Assembly: GCA_964057225.1 (NCBI GenBank)
Contig: OZ059899.1
Coordinates: 17,794,001-17,858,000, forward strand
DNA: 64,000 nt
DNA from: Auanema rhodensis
Taxonomy: Eukaryota; Animalia; Nematoda
Direction of reading: 5' to 3'
Part shown: piece by piece, positions 23,701-39,027 of the stretch
Layout: each line of letters starts with the position of its first letter
How positions within the stretch are numbered: the stretch's first letter is position 1
Program-made: the position numbers and the translations under genes
Notes under the pieces: generated by a model
Databases searched by the model: none
Seen by the model: the letters and a program-made list of their open reading frames with translations, nothing else
Told to the model about the DNA's origin: nothing

Positions 23701-26391
23701 CATTAGTGTATGTTGAGTTTCCATGTACACTCAACATTGCTTCCAAAAACATTTTTACAAAAATTTTTCCGAAAAATTTCGAAATAATTTCGCAAAAAGT
23801 AGATGTTTTTAGATTCCTTTTTTCAAGGCAAAGACGATGGACAAAGTAATTCAACGAAAAAATTAATTCTGCAGGGTGAAAATCGAGGATATAAGTGTGA
23901 ACTTATATCAGTTGATATCTCGGTGCATTTTTAAGCTAGCGCAAATCTGATAACACAGATCGACGCAGCTTAAAAATCCGCATCGATTGCACTATACTAC
24001 ATTGAGAAATGCTTGATACAAAAATTAGTTATGATCGTTTGAAAAAAGATGCATTAGTGTATGTTGAGTTTCCATGTACACTCAACATTGCTTCCAAAAA
24101 CATTTTGACAAAAATTTTTCCGAAAAATTTCAAAATAATTTTGCAAAAAGTAGATGTTTTTAGATTCCTTTTTTCAAGGCAAAGACGATGGACAAAGTTA
24201 TTCAACGAAAAAATTAATTCTGCAGGGTGAAAATCGAGGATATAAGTGTGAACTTATATCAGTTGATATCTCGGTGCATTTTTAAGCTAGCGCAAATCTG
24301 ATAACACAGATCGACGCAGCTTAAAAATCCGCATCGAATGCACTATACTACATTGAGAAACGCTTAATACAAAACTTAGTTATGATCGTTTGAAAAATGA
24401 TGCATTAGTGTATGTTGAGTTTCCATGTACACTCAACATTGCTTCCAAAAACATTTTGACAAAAATTTTTCCGAAAAATTTCAAAATAATTTCGCAAAAA
24501 GTAGATGTTTTTAGATTTCTTTTTTCAAGGCAAAGACGATGGACAAAGTTATTCAACGAAAAAATTAATTCTGCAGGGTGAAAATCGAGGATATAAGTGT
24601 GAACTTATATCAGTTGATATCTCGGTGCATTTTTAAGCTAGCGCAAATCTGATAACACAGATCGACGCAGCTCAAAAATCCGCATCGAATGCACTATACT
24701 ACATTGAGAAACGCTTAATACAAAACTTAGTTATGATCGTTTGAAAAATGATGCATTAGTGTATGTTGAGTTTCCATGTACACTCAACATTGCTTCCAAA
24801 AACATTTTTACAAAAATTTTTCCGAAAAATTTCGAAATAATTTCGCAAAAAGTAGATGTTTTTAGATTCCTTTTTTCAAGGCAAAGACGATGGACATTGT
24901 TATTCAACGAAAAAATTGATTCTGCAGGGTGAAAATCGAGGATATAAGTGTGAACTTATATCAGTTGATATCTCGGTGCATTTTTAAGCTAGCGCAAATC
25001 TGATAACACAGATCGACGCAGCTTAAAAATCCGCATCGAATGCACTATACAACATTGAGAAACGCTTAATACAAAAATTAGTTATGATCGTTTGAAAAAT
25101 GATGCATTAGTGTATGTTGAGTTTCCATGTACACTCAACATTGCTTCCAAAAACATTTTGACAAAAATTTTTCCGAAAAATTTCGAAATAATTTCGCAAA
25201 AAGTAGATGTTTTTAGATTCCTTTTTTCAAGGCAAAGACGATGGACAATGTTATTCAACGAAAAAATTAATTCTGCAGGGTGAAAATCGAGGATATAAGT
25301 GTGAACTTATATCAGTTGATATCTCGGTGCATTTTTAAGCTAGCGCAAATCTGATAACACAGATCGACGCAGCTCAAAAATCCGCATCGAATGCACTATA
25401 CTACATTGAGAAACGCTTAATACAAAACTTAGTTATGATCGTTTGAAAAATGATGCATTAGTGTATGTTGAGTTTCCATGTACACTCAACATTGCTTCCA
25501 AAAACATTTTTACAAAAATTTTTCCGAAAAATTTCGAAATAATTTCGCAAAAAGTAGATGTTTTTAGATTCCTTTTTTCAAGGCAAAGACGATGGACATT
25601 GTTATTCAACGAAAAAATTGATTCTGCAGGGTGAAAATCGAGGATATAAGTGTGAACTTATATCAGTTGATATCTCGGTGCATTTTTAAGCTAGCGCAAA
25701 TCTGATAACACAGATCGACGCAGCTTAAAAATCCGCATCGAATGCACTATACAACATTGAGAAACGCTTAATACAAAAATTAGTTATGATCGTTTGAAAA
25801 ATGATGCATTAGTGTATGTTGAGTTTCCATGTACACTCAACATTGCTTCCAAAAACATTTTGACAAAAATTTTTCCGAAAAATTTCGAAATAATTTCGCA
25901 AAAAGTAGATGTTTTCAGATTTCTTTTTTCAAGGCAAAGACGATGGACATTGTTATTCAACGAAAAAATTGATTCTGCAGGGTGAAAATCGAGGATATAA
26001 GTGTGAACTTATATCAGTTGATATCTCGGTGCATTTTTAAGCTAGCGCAAATCTGATAACACAGATCGACGCAGCTTAAAAATCCGCATCGATTGCACTA
26101 TACTACATTGAGAAATGCTTGATACAAAAATTAGTTATGATCGTTTGAAAAAAGATGCATTAGTGTATGTTGAGTTTCCATGTACACTCAACATTGCTTC
26201 CAAAAACATTTTGACAAAAATTTTTCCGAAAAATTTCAAAATAATTTTGCAAAAAGTAGATGTTTTTAGATTCCTTTTTTCAAGGCAAAGACGATGGACA
26301 AAGTTATTCAACGAAAAAATTAATTCTGCAGGGTGAAAATCGAGGATATAAGTGTGAACTTATATCAGTTGATATCTCGGTGCATTTTTAA

Positions 26392-29300
26392 GCTAGCGCA
26401 AATCTGATAACACAGATCGACGCAGCTTAAAAATCCGCATCGATTGCACTATACTACATTGAGAAACGCATAATACAAAACTTAGTTATGATCGTTTGAA
26501 AAAAGATGCATTAGTGTATGTTGAGTTTCCATGTACACTCAACATTGCTTCCAAAAACATTTTTACAAAAATTTTTCCGAAAAATTTCGAAATATTTTCG
26601 CAAAAAGTAGATGTTTTTAGATTCCTTTTTTCAAGGCAAAGACGATGGACAAAGTAATTCAACGAAAAAATTAATTCTGCAGGGTGAAAATCGAGGATAT
26701 AAGTGTGAACTTATATCAGTTGATATCTCGGTGCATTTTTAAGCTAGCGCAAATCTGATAACACAGATCGACGCAGCTTAAAAATCCGCATCGATTGCAC
26801 TATACTACATTGAGAAACGCATAATACAAAACTTAGTTATGATCGTTTGAAAAAAGATGCATTAGTGTATGTTGAGTTTCCATGTACACTCAACATTGCT
26901 TCCAAAAACATTTTGACAAAAATTTTTCCGAAAAATTTCAAAATAATTTTGCAAAAAGTAGATGTTTTTAGATTCCTTTTTTCAAGGCAAAGACGATGGA
27001 CAAAGTTATTCAACGAAAAAATTAATTCTGCAGGGTGAAAATCGAGGATATAAGTGTGAACTTATATCAGTTGATATCTCGGTGCATTTTTAAGCTAGCG
27101 CAAATCTGATAACACAGATCGACGCAGCTTAAAAATCCGCATCGAATGCACTATACTACATTGAAAAACGCTTAATACAAAAATTAGTTATGATCGTTTG
27201 AAAAAAGATGCATTAGTGTATGTTGAGTTTCCATGTACACTCAACATTGCTTCCAAAAACATTTTGACAAAAATTTTTCCGAAAAATTTCAAAATAATTT
27301 TGCAAAAAGTAGATGTTTTTAGATTCCTTTTTTCAAGGCAAAGACGATGGACAAAGTTATTCAACGAAAAAATTAATTCTGCAGGGTGAAAATCGAGGAT
27401 ATAAGTGTGAACTTATATCAGTTGATATCTCGGTGCATTTTTAAGCTAGCGCAAATCTGATAACACAGATCGACGCAGCTTAAAAATCCGCATCGATTGC
27501 ACTATACTACATTGAGAAACGCATAATACAAAACTTAGTTATGATCGTTTGAAAAAAGATGCATTAGTGTATGTTGAGTTTCCATGTACACTCAACATTG
27601 CTTCCAAAAACATTTTTACAAAAATTTTTCCGAAAAATTTCGAAATAATTTCGCAAAAAGTAGATGTTTTTAGATTCCTTTTTTCAAGGCAAAGACGATG
27701 GACAAAGTAATTCAACGAAAAAATTAATTCTGCAGGGTGAAAATCGAGGATATAAGTGTGAACTTATATCAGTTGATATCTCGGTGCATTTTTAAGCTAG
27801 CGCAAATCTGATAACACAGATCGACGCAGCTTAAAAATCCGCATCGATTGCACTATACTACATTGAGAAACGCATAATACAAAACTTAGTTATGATCGTT
27901 TGAAAAAAGATGCATTAGTGTATGTTGAGTTTCCATGTACACTCAACATTGCTTCCAAAAACATTTTGACAAAAATTTTTCCGAAAAATTTCAAAATAAT
28001 TTTGCAAAAAGTAGATGTTTTTAGATTCCTTTTTTCAAGGCAAAGACGATGGACAAAGTTATTCAACGAAAAAATTAATTCTGCAGGGTGAAAATCGAGG
28101 ATATAAGTGTGAACTTATATCAGTTGATATCTCGGTGCATTTTTAAGCTAGCGCAAATCTGATAACACAGATCGACGCAGCTTAAAAATCCGCATCGAAT
28201 GCACTATACTACATTGAAAAACGCTTAATACAAAAATTAGTTATGATCGTTTGAAAAAAGATGCATTAGTGTATGTTGAGTTTCCATGTACACTCAACAT
28301 TGCTTCCAAAAACATTTTGACAAAAATTTTTCCGAAAAATTTCAAAATAATTTTGCAAAAAGTAGATGTTTTTAGATTCCTTTTTTCAAGGCAAAGACGA
28401 TGGACAAAGTTATTCAACGAAAAAATTAATTCTGCAGGGTGAAAATCGAGGATATAAGTGTGAACTTATATCAGTTGATATCTCGGTGCATTTTTAAGCT
28501 AGCGCAAATCTGATAACACAGATCGACGCAGCTTAAAAATCCGCATCGAATGCACTATACTACATTGAAAAACGCTTAATACAAAAATTAGTTATGATCG
28601 TTTGAAAAAAGATGCATTAGTGTATGTTGAGTTTCCATGTACACTCAACATTGCTTCCAAAAACATTTTGACAAAAATTTTTCCGAAAAATTTCAAAATA
28701 ATTTTGCAAAAAGTAGATGTTTTTAGATTCCTTTTTTCAAGGCAAAGACGATGGACAAAGTTATTCAACGAAAAAATTAATTCTGCAGGGTGAAAATCGA
28801 GGATATAAGTATGAACTTATATCAGTTGATATCTCGGTGCATTTTTAAGCTAGCGCAAATCTGATAACACAGATCGACGCAGCTTAAAAATCCGCATCGA
28901 TTGCACTATACTACATTGAGAAACGCATAATACAAAACTTAGTTATGATCGTTTGAAAAAAGATGCATTAGTGTATGTTGAGTTTCCATGTACACTCAAC
29001 ATTGCTTCCAAAAACATTTTTACAAAAATTTTTCCGAAAAATTTCGAAATATTTTCGCAAAAAGTAGATGTTTTTAGATTCCTTTTTTCAAGGCAAAGAC
29101 GATGGACAAAGTAATTCAACGAAAAAATTAATTCTGCAGGGTGAAAATCGAGGATATAAGTGTGAACTTATATCAGTTGATATCTCGGTGCATTTTTAAG
29201 CTAGCGCAAATCTGATAACACAGATCGACGCAGCTTAAAAATCCGCATCGATTGCACTATACTACATTGAGAAACGCATAATACAAAACTTAGTTATGAT

Positions 29301-30954
29301 CGTTTGAAAAAAGATGCATTAGTGTATGTTGAGTTTCCATGTACACTCAACATTGCTTCCAAAAACATTTTGACAAAAATTTTTCCGAAAAATTTCAAAA
29401 TAATTTTGCAAAAAGTAGATGTTTTTAGATTCCTTTTTTCAAGGCAAAGACGATGGACAAAGTTATTCAACGAAAAAATTAATTCTGCAGGGTGAAAATC
29501 GAGGATATAAGTGTGAACTTATATCAGTTGATATCTCGGTGCATTTTTAAGCTAGCGCAAATCTGATAACACAGATCGACGCAGCTTAAAAATCCGCATC
29601 GAATGCACTATACTACATTGAAAAACGCTTAATACAAAAATTAGTTATGATCGTTTGAAAAAAGATGCATTAGTGTATGTTGAGTTTCCATGTACACTCA
29701 ACATTGCTTCCAAAAACATTTTGACAAAAATTTTTCCGAAAAATTTCAAAATAATTTTGCAAAAAGTAGATGTTTTTAGATTCCTTTTTTCAAGGCAAAG
29801 ACGATGGACAAAGTTATTCAACGAAAAAATTAATTCTGCAGGGTGAAAATCGAGGATATAAGTGTGAACTTATATCAGTTGATATCTCGGTGCATTTTTA
29901 AGCTAGCGCAAATCTGATAACACAGATCGACGCAGCTTAAAAATCCGCATCGATTGCACTATATTACATTGAGAAACGCATAATACAAAACTTAGTTATG
30001 ATCGTTTGAAAAAAGATGCATTAGTGTATGTTGAGTTTCCATGTACACTCAACATTGCTTCCAAAAACATTTTTACAAAAATTTTTCCGAAAAATTTCGA
30101 AATAATTTCGCAAAAAGTAGATGTTTTTAGATTCCTTTTTTCAAGGCAAAGACGATGGACAAAGTAATTCAACGAAAAAATTAATTCTGCAGGGTGAAAA
30201 TCGAGGATATAAGTGTGAACTTATATCAGTTGATATCTCGGTGCATTTTTAAGCTAGCGCAAATCTGATAACACAGATCGACGCAGCTTAAAAATCCGCA
30301 TCGATTGCACTATACTACATTGAGAAACGCATAATACAAAACTTAGTTATGATCGTTTGAAAAAAGATGCATTAGTGTATGTTGAGTTTCCATGTACACT
30401 CAACATTGCTTCCAAAAACATTTTGACAAAAATTTTTCCGAAAAATTTCAAAATAATTTTGCAAAAAGTAGATGTTTTTAGATTCCTTTTTTCAAGGCAA
30501 AGACGATGGACAAAGTTATTCAACGAAAAAATTAATTCTGCAGGGTGAAAATCGAGGATATAAGTGTGAACTTATATCAGTTGATATCTCGGTGCATTTT
30601 TAAGCTAGCGCAAATCTGATAACACAGATCGACGCAGCTTAAAAATCCGCATCGAATGCACTATACTACATTGAAAAACGCTTAATACAAAAATTAGTTA
30701 TGATCGTTTGAAAAAAGATGCATTAGTGTATGTTGAGTTTCCATGTACACTCAACATTGCTTCCAAAAACATTTTGACAAAAATTTTTCCGAAAAATTTC
30801 AAAATAATTTTGCAAAAAGTAGATGTTTTTAGATTCCTTTTTTCAAGGCAAAGACGATGGACAAAGTTATTCAACGAAAAAATTAATTCTGCAGGGTGAA
30901 AATCGAGGATATAAGTATGAACTTATATCAGTTGATATCTCGGTGCATTTTTAA
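26392..30954. repeat. Trimer-based higher-order repeat block (3+4+3+3 monomers)
   Basis: aagtaa-marked monomers start at 26392, 27445, 28849 and 29902, each followed by two or three tttgc-type monomers. Confidence 0.75.
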
Positions 30955-32709
30955 GCTAGCGCAAATCTGATAACACAGATCGACGCAGCTTAAAAATCCG
31001 CATCGATTGCACTATACTACATTGAGAAACGCATAATACAAAACTTAGTTATGATCGTTTGAAAAAAGATGCATTAGTGTATGTTGAGTTTCCATGTACA
31101 CTCAACATTGCTTCCAAAAACATTTTTACAAAAATTTTTCCGAAAAATTTCGAAATAATTTCGCAAAAAGTAGATGTTTTTAGAATCCTTTTTTCAAGGC
31201 AAAGACGATGGACATTGTTATTCAACGAAAAAATTGATTCTGCAGGGTGAAAATCGAGGATATAAGTGTGAACTTATATCAGTTGATATCTCGGTGCATT
31301 TTTAAGCTAGCGCAAATCTGATAACACAGATCGACGCAGCTTAAAAATCCGCATCAAATGCACTATACTACATTGAAAAACGCTTAATACAAAAATTAGT
31401 TATGATCGTTTGAAAAAAGATGCATTAGTGTATGTTGAGTTTCCATGTACACTCAACATTGCTTCCAAAAACATTTTGACAAAAATTTTTCCGAAAAATT
31501 TCAAAATAATTTCGCAAAAAGTAGATGTTTTTAGATTCCTTTTTTCAAGGCAAAGACGATGGACAATGTTATTCAACGAAAAAATTAATTCTGCAGGGTG
31601 AAAATCGAGGATATAAGTGTGAACTTATATCAGTTGATATCTCGGTGCATTTTTAAGCTAGCGCAAATCTGATAACACAGATCGACGCAGCTTAAAAATC
31701 CGCATCGAATGCACTATACTACATTGAAAAACGCTTAATACAAAAATTAGTTATGATCGTTTGAAAAATGATGCATTAGTGTATGTTGAGTTTCCATGTA
31801 CACTCAACATTGCTTCCAAAAACATTTTGACAAAAATTTTTCCAAAAAATTTCAAAATAATTTCGCAAAAAGTAAAAGTTTTTAGATTTCTTTTTTCAAG
31901 GCAAAGACGATGGACAATGTTATTCAACGAAAAAATTAATTCTGCAGGGTGAAAATCGAGGATATAAGTGTGAACTTATATCAGTTGATATCTCGGTGCA
32001 TTTTTAAGCTAGCGCAAATCTGATAACACAGATCGACGCAGCTTAAAAATCCGCATCGAATGCACTATACTACATTGAGAAACGCTCAATACAAAAATTA
32101 GTTATGATCGTTTGAAAAAAGATGCATTAGTGTATGTTGAGTTTCCATGTACACTCAACATTGCTTCCAAAAACATTTTGACAAAAATTTTTCCGAAAAA
32201 TTTCAAAATAATTTTGCAAAAAGTAGATGTTTTTAGATTCCTTTTTTCAAGGCAAAGACGATGGACAAAGTTATTCAACGAAAAAATTAATTCTGCAGGG
32301 TGAAAATCGAGGATATAAGTGTGAACTTATATCAGTTGATATCTCGGTGCATTTTTAAGCTAGCGCAAATCTGATAACACAGATCGACGCAGCTTAAAAA
32401 TCCGCATCGAATGCACTATACTACATTGAAAAACGCTTAATACAAAAATTAGTTATGATCGTTTGAAAAAAGATGCATTAGTGTATGTTGAGTTTCCATG
32501 TACACTCAACATTGCTTCCAAAAACATTTTGACAAAAATTTTTCCGAAAAATTTCAAAATAATTTTGCAAAAAGTAGATGTTTTTAGATTCCTTTTTTCA
32601 AGGCAAAGACGATGGACAAAGTTATTCAACGAAAAAATTAATTCTGCAGGGTGAAAATCGAGGATATAAGTGTGAACTTATATCAGTTGATATCTCGGTG
32701 CATTTTTAA

Positions 32710-35700
32710 GCTAGCGCAAATCTGATAACACAGATCGACGCAGCTTAAAAATCCGCATCGATTGCACTATACTACATTGAGAAACGCATAATACAAAACT
32801 TAGTTATGATCGTTTGAAAAAAGATGCATTAGTGTATGTTGAGTTTCCATGTACACTCAACATTGCTTCCAAAAACATTTTTACAAAAATTTTTCCGAAA
32901 AATTTCGAAATAATTTCGCAAAAAGTAGATGTTTTTAGAATCCTTTTTTCAAGGCAAAGACGATGGACATTGTTATTCAACGAAAAAATTGATTCTGCAG
33001 GGTGAAAATCGAGGATATAAGTGTGAACTTATATCAGTTGATATCTCGGTGCATTTTTAAGCTAGCGCAAATCTGATAACACAGATCGACGCAGCTTAAA
33101 AATCCGCATCAAATGCACTATACTACATTGAGAAACGCATAATACAAAAATTAGTTATGATCGTTTGAAAAAAGATGCATTAGTGTATGTTGAGTTTCCA
33201 TGTACACTCAACATTGCTTCCAAAAACATTTTGACAAAAATTTTTCCGAAAAATTTCAAAATAATTTCGCAAAAAGTAGATGTTTTTAGATTCCTTTTTT
33301 CAAGGCAAAGACGATGGACAATGTTATTCAACGAAAAAATTAATTCTGCAGGGTGAAAATCGAGGATATAAGTGTGAACTTATATCAGTTGATATCTCGG
33401 TGCATTTTTAAGCTAGCGCAAATCTGATAACACAGATCGACGCAGCTTAAAAATCCGCATCGAATGCACTATACTACATTGAAAAACGCTTAATACAAAA
33501 ATTAGTTATGATCGTTTGAAAAATGATGCATTAGTGTATGTTGAGTTTCCATGTACACTCAACATTGCTTCCAAAAACATTTTGACAAAAATTTTTCCAA
33601 AAAATTTCAAAATAATTTCGCAAAAAGTAAAAGTTTTTAGATTTCTTTTTTCAAGGCAAAGACGATGGACAATGTTATTCAACGAAAAAATTAATTCTGC
33701 AGGGTGAAAATCGAGGATATAAGTGTGAACTTATATCAGTTGATATCTCGGTGCATTTTTAAGCTAGCGCAAATCTGATAACACAGATCGACGCAGCTTA
33801 AAAATCCGCATCGAATGCACTATACTACATTGAAAAACGCTTAATACAAAAATTAGTTATGATCGTTTGAAAAAAGATGCATTAGTGTATGTTGAGTTTC
33901 CATGTACACTCAACATTGCTTCCAAAAACATTTTGACAAAAATTTTTCCAAAAAATTTCAAAATAATTTCGCAAAAAGTAAATGTTTTTAGATTCCTTTT
34001 TTCAAGGCAAAGACGATGGACAATGTTATTCAACGAAAAAATTAATTCTGCAGGGTGAAAATCTAGGATATAAGTGTGAACTTATATCAGTTGATATCTC
34101 GGTGCATTTTTAAGCTAGCGCAAATCTGATAACACAGATCGACGCAGCTTAAAAATCCGCATTGAATTCACTATACTACATTGAAAAACGCTTAATACAA
34201 AAATTAGTTATGATTGTTTGAAAAAAGATGCATTAGTGTATGTTGAGTTTCCATGTACACTCAACATTGCTTCCAAAAACATTTTGACAAAAATTTTTCC
34301 GAAAAATTTCAAAATAATTTTGCAAAAAGTAGATGTTTTTAGATTCCTTTTTTCAAGGCAAAGACGATGGACAAAGTTATTCAACGAAAAAATTAATTCT
34401 GCAGGGTGAAAATCGAGGATATAAGTGTGAACTTATATCAGTTGATATCTCGGTGCATTTTTAAGCTAGCGCAAATCTGATAACACAGATCGACGCAGCT
34501 TAAAAATCCGCATCGATTGCACTATACTACATTGAGAAACGCATAATACAAAACTTAGTTATGATCGTTTGAAAAAAGATGCATTAGTGTATGTTGAGTT
34601 TCCATGTACACTCAACATTGCTTCCAAAAACATTTTTACAAAAATTTTTCCGAAAAATTTCGAAATAATTTCGCAAAAAGTAGATGTTTTTAGAATCCTT
34701 TTTTCAAGGCAAAGACGATGGACATTGTTATTCAACGAAAAAATTGATTCTGCAGGGTGAAAATCGAGGATATAAGTGTGAACTTATATCAGTTGATATC
34801 TCGGTGCATTTTTAAGCTAGCGCAAATCTGATAACACAGATCGACGCAGCTTAAAAATCCGCATCAAATGCACTATACTACATTGAAAAACGCTTAATAC
34901 AAAAATTAGTTATGATCGTTTGAAAAAAGATGCATTAGTGTATGTTGAGTTTCCATGTACACTCAACATTGCTTCCAAAAACATTTTGACAAAAATTTTT
35001 CCGAAAAATTTCAAAATAATTTCGCAAAAAGTAGATGTTTTTAGATTCCTTTTTTCAAGGCAAAGACGATGGACAATGTTATTCAACGAAAAAATTAATT
35101 CTGCAGGGTGAAAATCGAGGATATAAGTGTGAACTTATATCAGTTGATATCTCGGTGCATTTTTAAGCTAGCGCAAATCTGATAACATAGATCGACGCAG
35201 CTTAAAAATCCGCATCGAATGCACTATACTACATTAAAAAACGCTTAATACAAAAATTAGTTATGATCGTTTGAAAAATGATGCATTAGTGTATGTTGAG
35301 TTTCCATGTACACTCAACATTGCTTCCAAAAACATTTTGACAAAAATTTTTCCGAAAAATTTCAAAATAATTTCGCAAAAAGTAGATGTTTTTAGATTCC
35401 TTTTTTCAAGGCAAAGACGATGGACAATGTTATTCAACGAAAAAATTAATTCTGCAGGGTGAAAATCGAGGATATAAGTGTGAACTTATATCAGTTGATA
35501 TCTCGGTGCATTTTTAAGCTAGCGCAAATCTGATAACACAGATCGACGCAGCTTAAAAATCCGCATCGAATGCACTATACTACATTGAAAAACGCTTAAT
35601 ACAAAAATTAGTTATGATCGTTTGAAAAATGATGCATTAGTGTATGTTGAGTTTCCATGTACACTCAACATTGCTTCCAAAAACATTTTGACAAAAATTT

Positions 35701-38700
35701 TTCCGAAAAATTTCAAAATAATTTTGCAAAAAGTAGATGTTTTTAGATTCCTTTTTTCAAGGCAAAGACGATGGACAAAGTTATTCAACGAAAAAATTAA
35801 TTCTGCAGGGTGAAAATCGAGGATATAAGTGTGAACTTATATCAGTTGATATCTCGGTGCATTTTTAAGCTAGCGCAAATCTGATAACACAGATCGACGC
35901 AGCTTAAAAATCCGCATCGATTGCACTATACTACATTGAGAAACGCATAATACAAAACTTAGTTATGATCGTTCGAAAAAAGATGCATTAGTGTATGTTG
36001 AGTTTCCATGTACACTCAACATTGCTTCCAAAAACATTTTTACAAAAATTTTTCCGAAAAATTTCGAAATAATTTCGCAAAAAGTAGATGTTTTTAGAAT
36101 CCTTTTTTCAAGGCAAAGACGATGGACATTGTTATTCAACGAAAAAATTGATTCTGCAGGGTGAAAATCGAGGATATAAGTGTGAACTTATATCAGTTGA
36201 TATCTCGGTGCATTTTTAAGCTAGCGCAAATCTGATAACACAGATCGACGCAGCTTAAAAATCCGCATCAAATGCACTATACTACATTGAGAAACGCATA
36301 ATACAAAAATTAGTTATGATCGTTTGAAAAAAGATGCATTAGTGTATGTTGAGTTTCCATGTACACTCAACATTGCTTCCAAAAACATTTTGACAAAAAT
36401 TTTTCCGAAAAATTTCAAAATAATTTCGCAAAAAGTAGATGTTTTTAGATTCCTTTTTTCAAGGCAAAGACGATGGACAATGTTATTCAACGAAAAAATT
36501 AATTCTGCAGGGTGAAAATCGAGGATATAAGTGTGAACTTATATCAGTTGATATCTCGGTGCATTTTTAAGCTAGCGCAAATCTGATAACACAGATCGAC
36601 GCAGCTTAAAAATCCGCATCGAATGCACTATACTACATTGAAAAACGCTTAATACAAAAATTAGTTATGATCGTTTGAAAAATGATGCATTAGTGTATGT
36701 TGAGTTTCCATGTACACTCAACATTGCTTCCAAAAACATTTTGACAAAAATTTTTCCAAAAAATTTCAAAATAATTTCGCAAAAAGTAAAAGTTTTTAGA
36801 TTTCTTTTTTCAAGGCAAAGACGATGGACAATGTTATTCAACGAAAAAATTAATTCTGCAGGGTGAAAATCGAGGATATAAGTGTGAACTTATATCAGTT
36901 GATATCTCGGTGCATTTTTAAGCTAGCGCAAATCTGATAACACAGATCGACGCAGCTTAAAAATCCGCATCGAATGCACTATACTACATTGAAAAACGCT
37001 TAATACAAAAATTAGTTATGATCGTTTGAAAAAAGATGCATTAGTGTATGTTGAGTTTCCATGTACACTCAACATTGCTTCCAAAAACATTTTGACAAAA
37101 ATTTTTCCAAAAAATTTCAAAATAATTTCGCAAAAAGTAAATGTTTTTAGATTCCTTTTTTCAAGGCAAAGACGATGGACAATGTTATTCAACGAAAAAA
37201 TTAATTCTGCAGGGTGAAAATCTAGGATATAAGTGTGAACTTATATCAGTTGATATCTCGGTGCATTTTTAAGCTAGCGCAAATCTGATAACACAGATCG
37301 ACGCAGCTTAAAAATCCGCATTGAATTCACTATACTACATTGAAAAACGCTTAATACAAAAATTAGTTATGATTGTTTGAAAAAAGATGCATTAGTGTAT
37401 GTTGAGTTTCCATGTACACTCAACATTGCTTCCAAAAACATTTTGACAAAAATTTTTCCGAAAAATTTCAAAATAATTTTGCAAAAAGTAGATGTTTTTA
37501 GATTCCTTTTTTCAAGGCAAAGACGATGGACAAAGTTATTCAACGAAAAAATTAATTCTGCAGGGTGAAAATCGAGGATATAAGTGTGAACTTATATCAG
37601 TTGATATCTCGGTGCATTTTTAAGCTAGCGCAAATCTGATAACACAGATCGACGCAGCTTAAAAATCCGCATCGATTGCACTATACTACATTGAGAAACG
37701 CATAATACAAAACTTAGTTATGATCGTTTGAAAAAAGATGCATTAGTGTATGTTGAGTTTCCATGTACACTCAACATTGCTTCCAAAAACATTTTTACAA
37801 AAATTTTTCCGAAAAATTTCGAAATAATTTCGCAAAAAGTAGATGTTTTTAGAATCCTTTTTTCAAGGCAAAGACGATGGACATTGTTATTCAACGAAAA
37901 AATTGATTCTGCAGGGTGAAAATCGAGGATATAAGTGTGAACTTATATCAGTTGATATCTCGGTGCATTTTTAAGCTAGCGCAAATCTGATAACACAGAT
38001 CGACGCAGCTTAAAAATCCGCATCAAATGCACTATACTACATTGAAAAACGCTTAATACAAAAATTAGTTATGATCGTTTGAAAAAAGATGCATTAGTGT
38101 ATGTTGAGTTTCCATGTACACTCAACATTGCTTCCAAAAACATTTTGACAAAAATTTTTCCGAAAAATTTCAAAATAATTTCGCAAAAAGTAGATGTTTT
38201 TAGATTCCTTTTTTCAAGGCAAAGACGATGGACAATGTTATTCAACGAAAAAATTAATTCTGCAGGGTGAAAATCGAGGATATAAGTGTGAACTTATATC
38301 AGTTGATATCTCGGTGCATTTTTAAGCTAGCGCAAATCTGATAACATAGATCGACGCAGCTTAAAAATCCGCATCGAATGCACTATACTACATTAAAAAA
38401 CGCTTAATACAAAAATTAGTTATGATCGTTTGAAAAATGATGCATTAGTGTATGTTGAGTTTCCATGTACACTCAACATTGCTTCCAAAAACATTTTGAC
38501 AAAAATTTTTCCGAAAAATTTCAAAATAATTTCGCAAAAAGTAGATGTTTTTAGATTCCTTTTTTCAAGGCAAAGACGATGGACAATGTTATTCAACGAA
38601 AAAATTAATTCTGCAGGGTGAAAATCGAGGATATAAGTGTGAACTTATATCAGTTGATATCTCGGTGCATTTTTAAGCTAGCGCAAATCTGATAACACAG

Positions 38701-39027
38701 ATCGACGCAGCTTAAAAATCCGCATCGAATGCACTATACTACATTGAAAAACGCTTAATACAAAAATTAGTTATGATCGTTTGAAAAATGATGCATTAGT
38801 GTATGTTGAGTTTCCATGTACACTCAACATTGCTTCCAAAAACATTTTGACAAAAATTTTTCCAAAAAATTTCAAAATAATTTCGCAAAAAGTAAAAGTT
38901 TTTAGATTTCTTTTTTCAAGGCAAAGACGATGGACAATGTTATTCAACGAAAAAATTAATTCTGCAGGGTGAAAATCGAGGATATAAGTGTGAACTTATA
39001 TCAGTTGATATCTCGGTGCATTTTTAA
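32710..39027. repeat. Tandem duplication of a 9-monomer (3159-bp) unit built from 5-mer plus 4-mer sub-blocks
   Basis: Private markers attgaattca at 34161 and 37320, and gataacatag at 35181 and 38340, are both offset by 3159. The last monomer of each copy differs in its second half. Confidence 0.85.
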
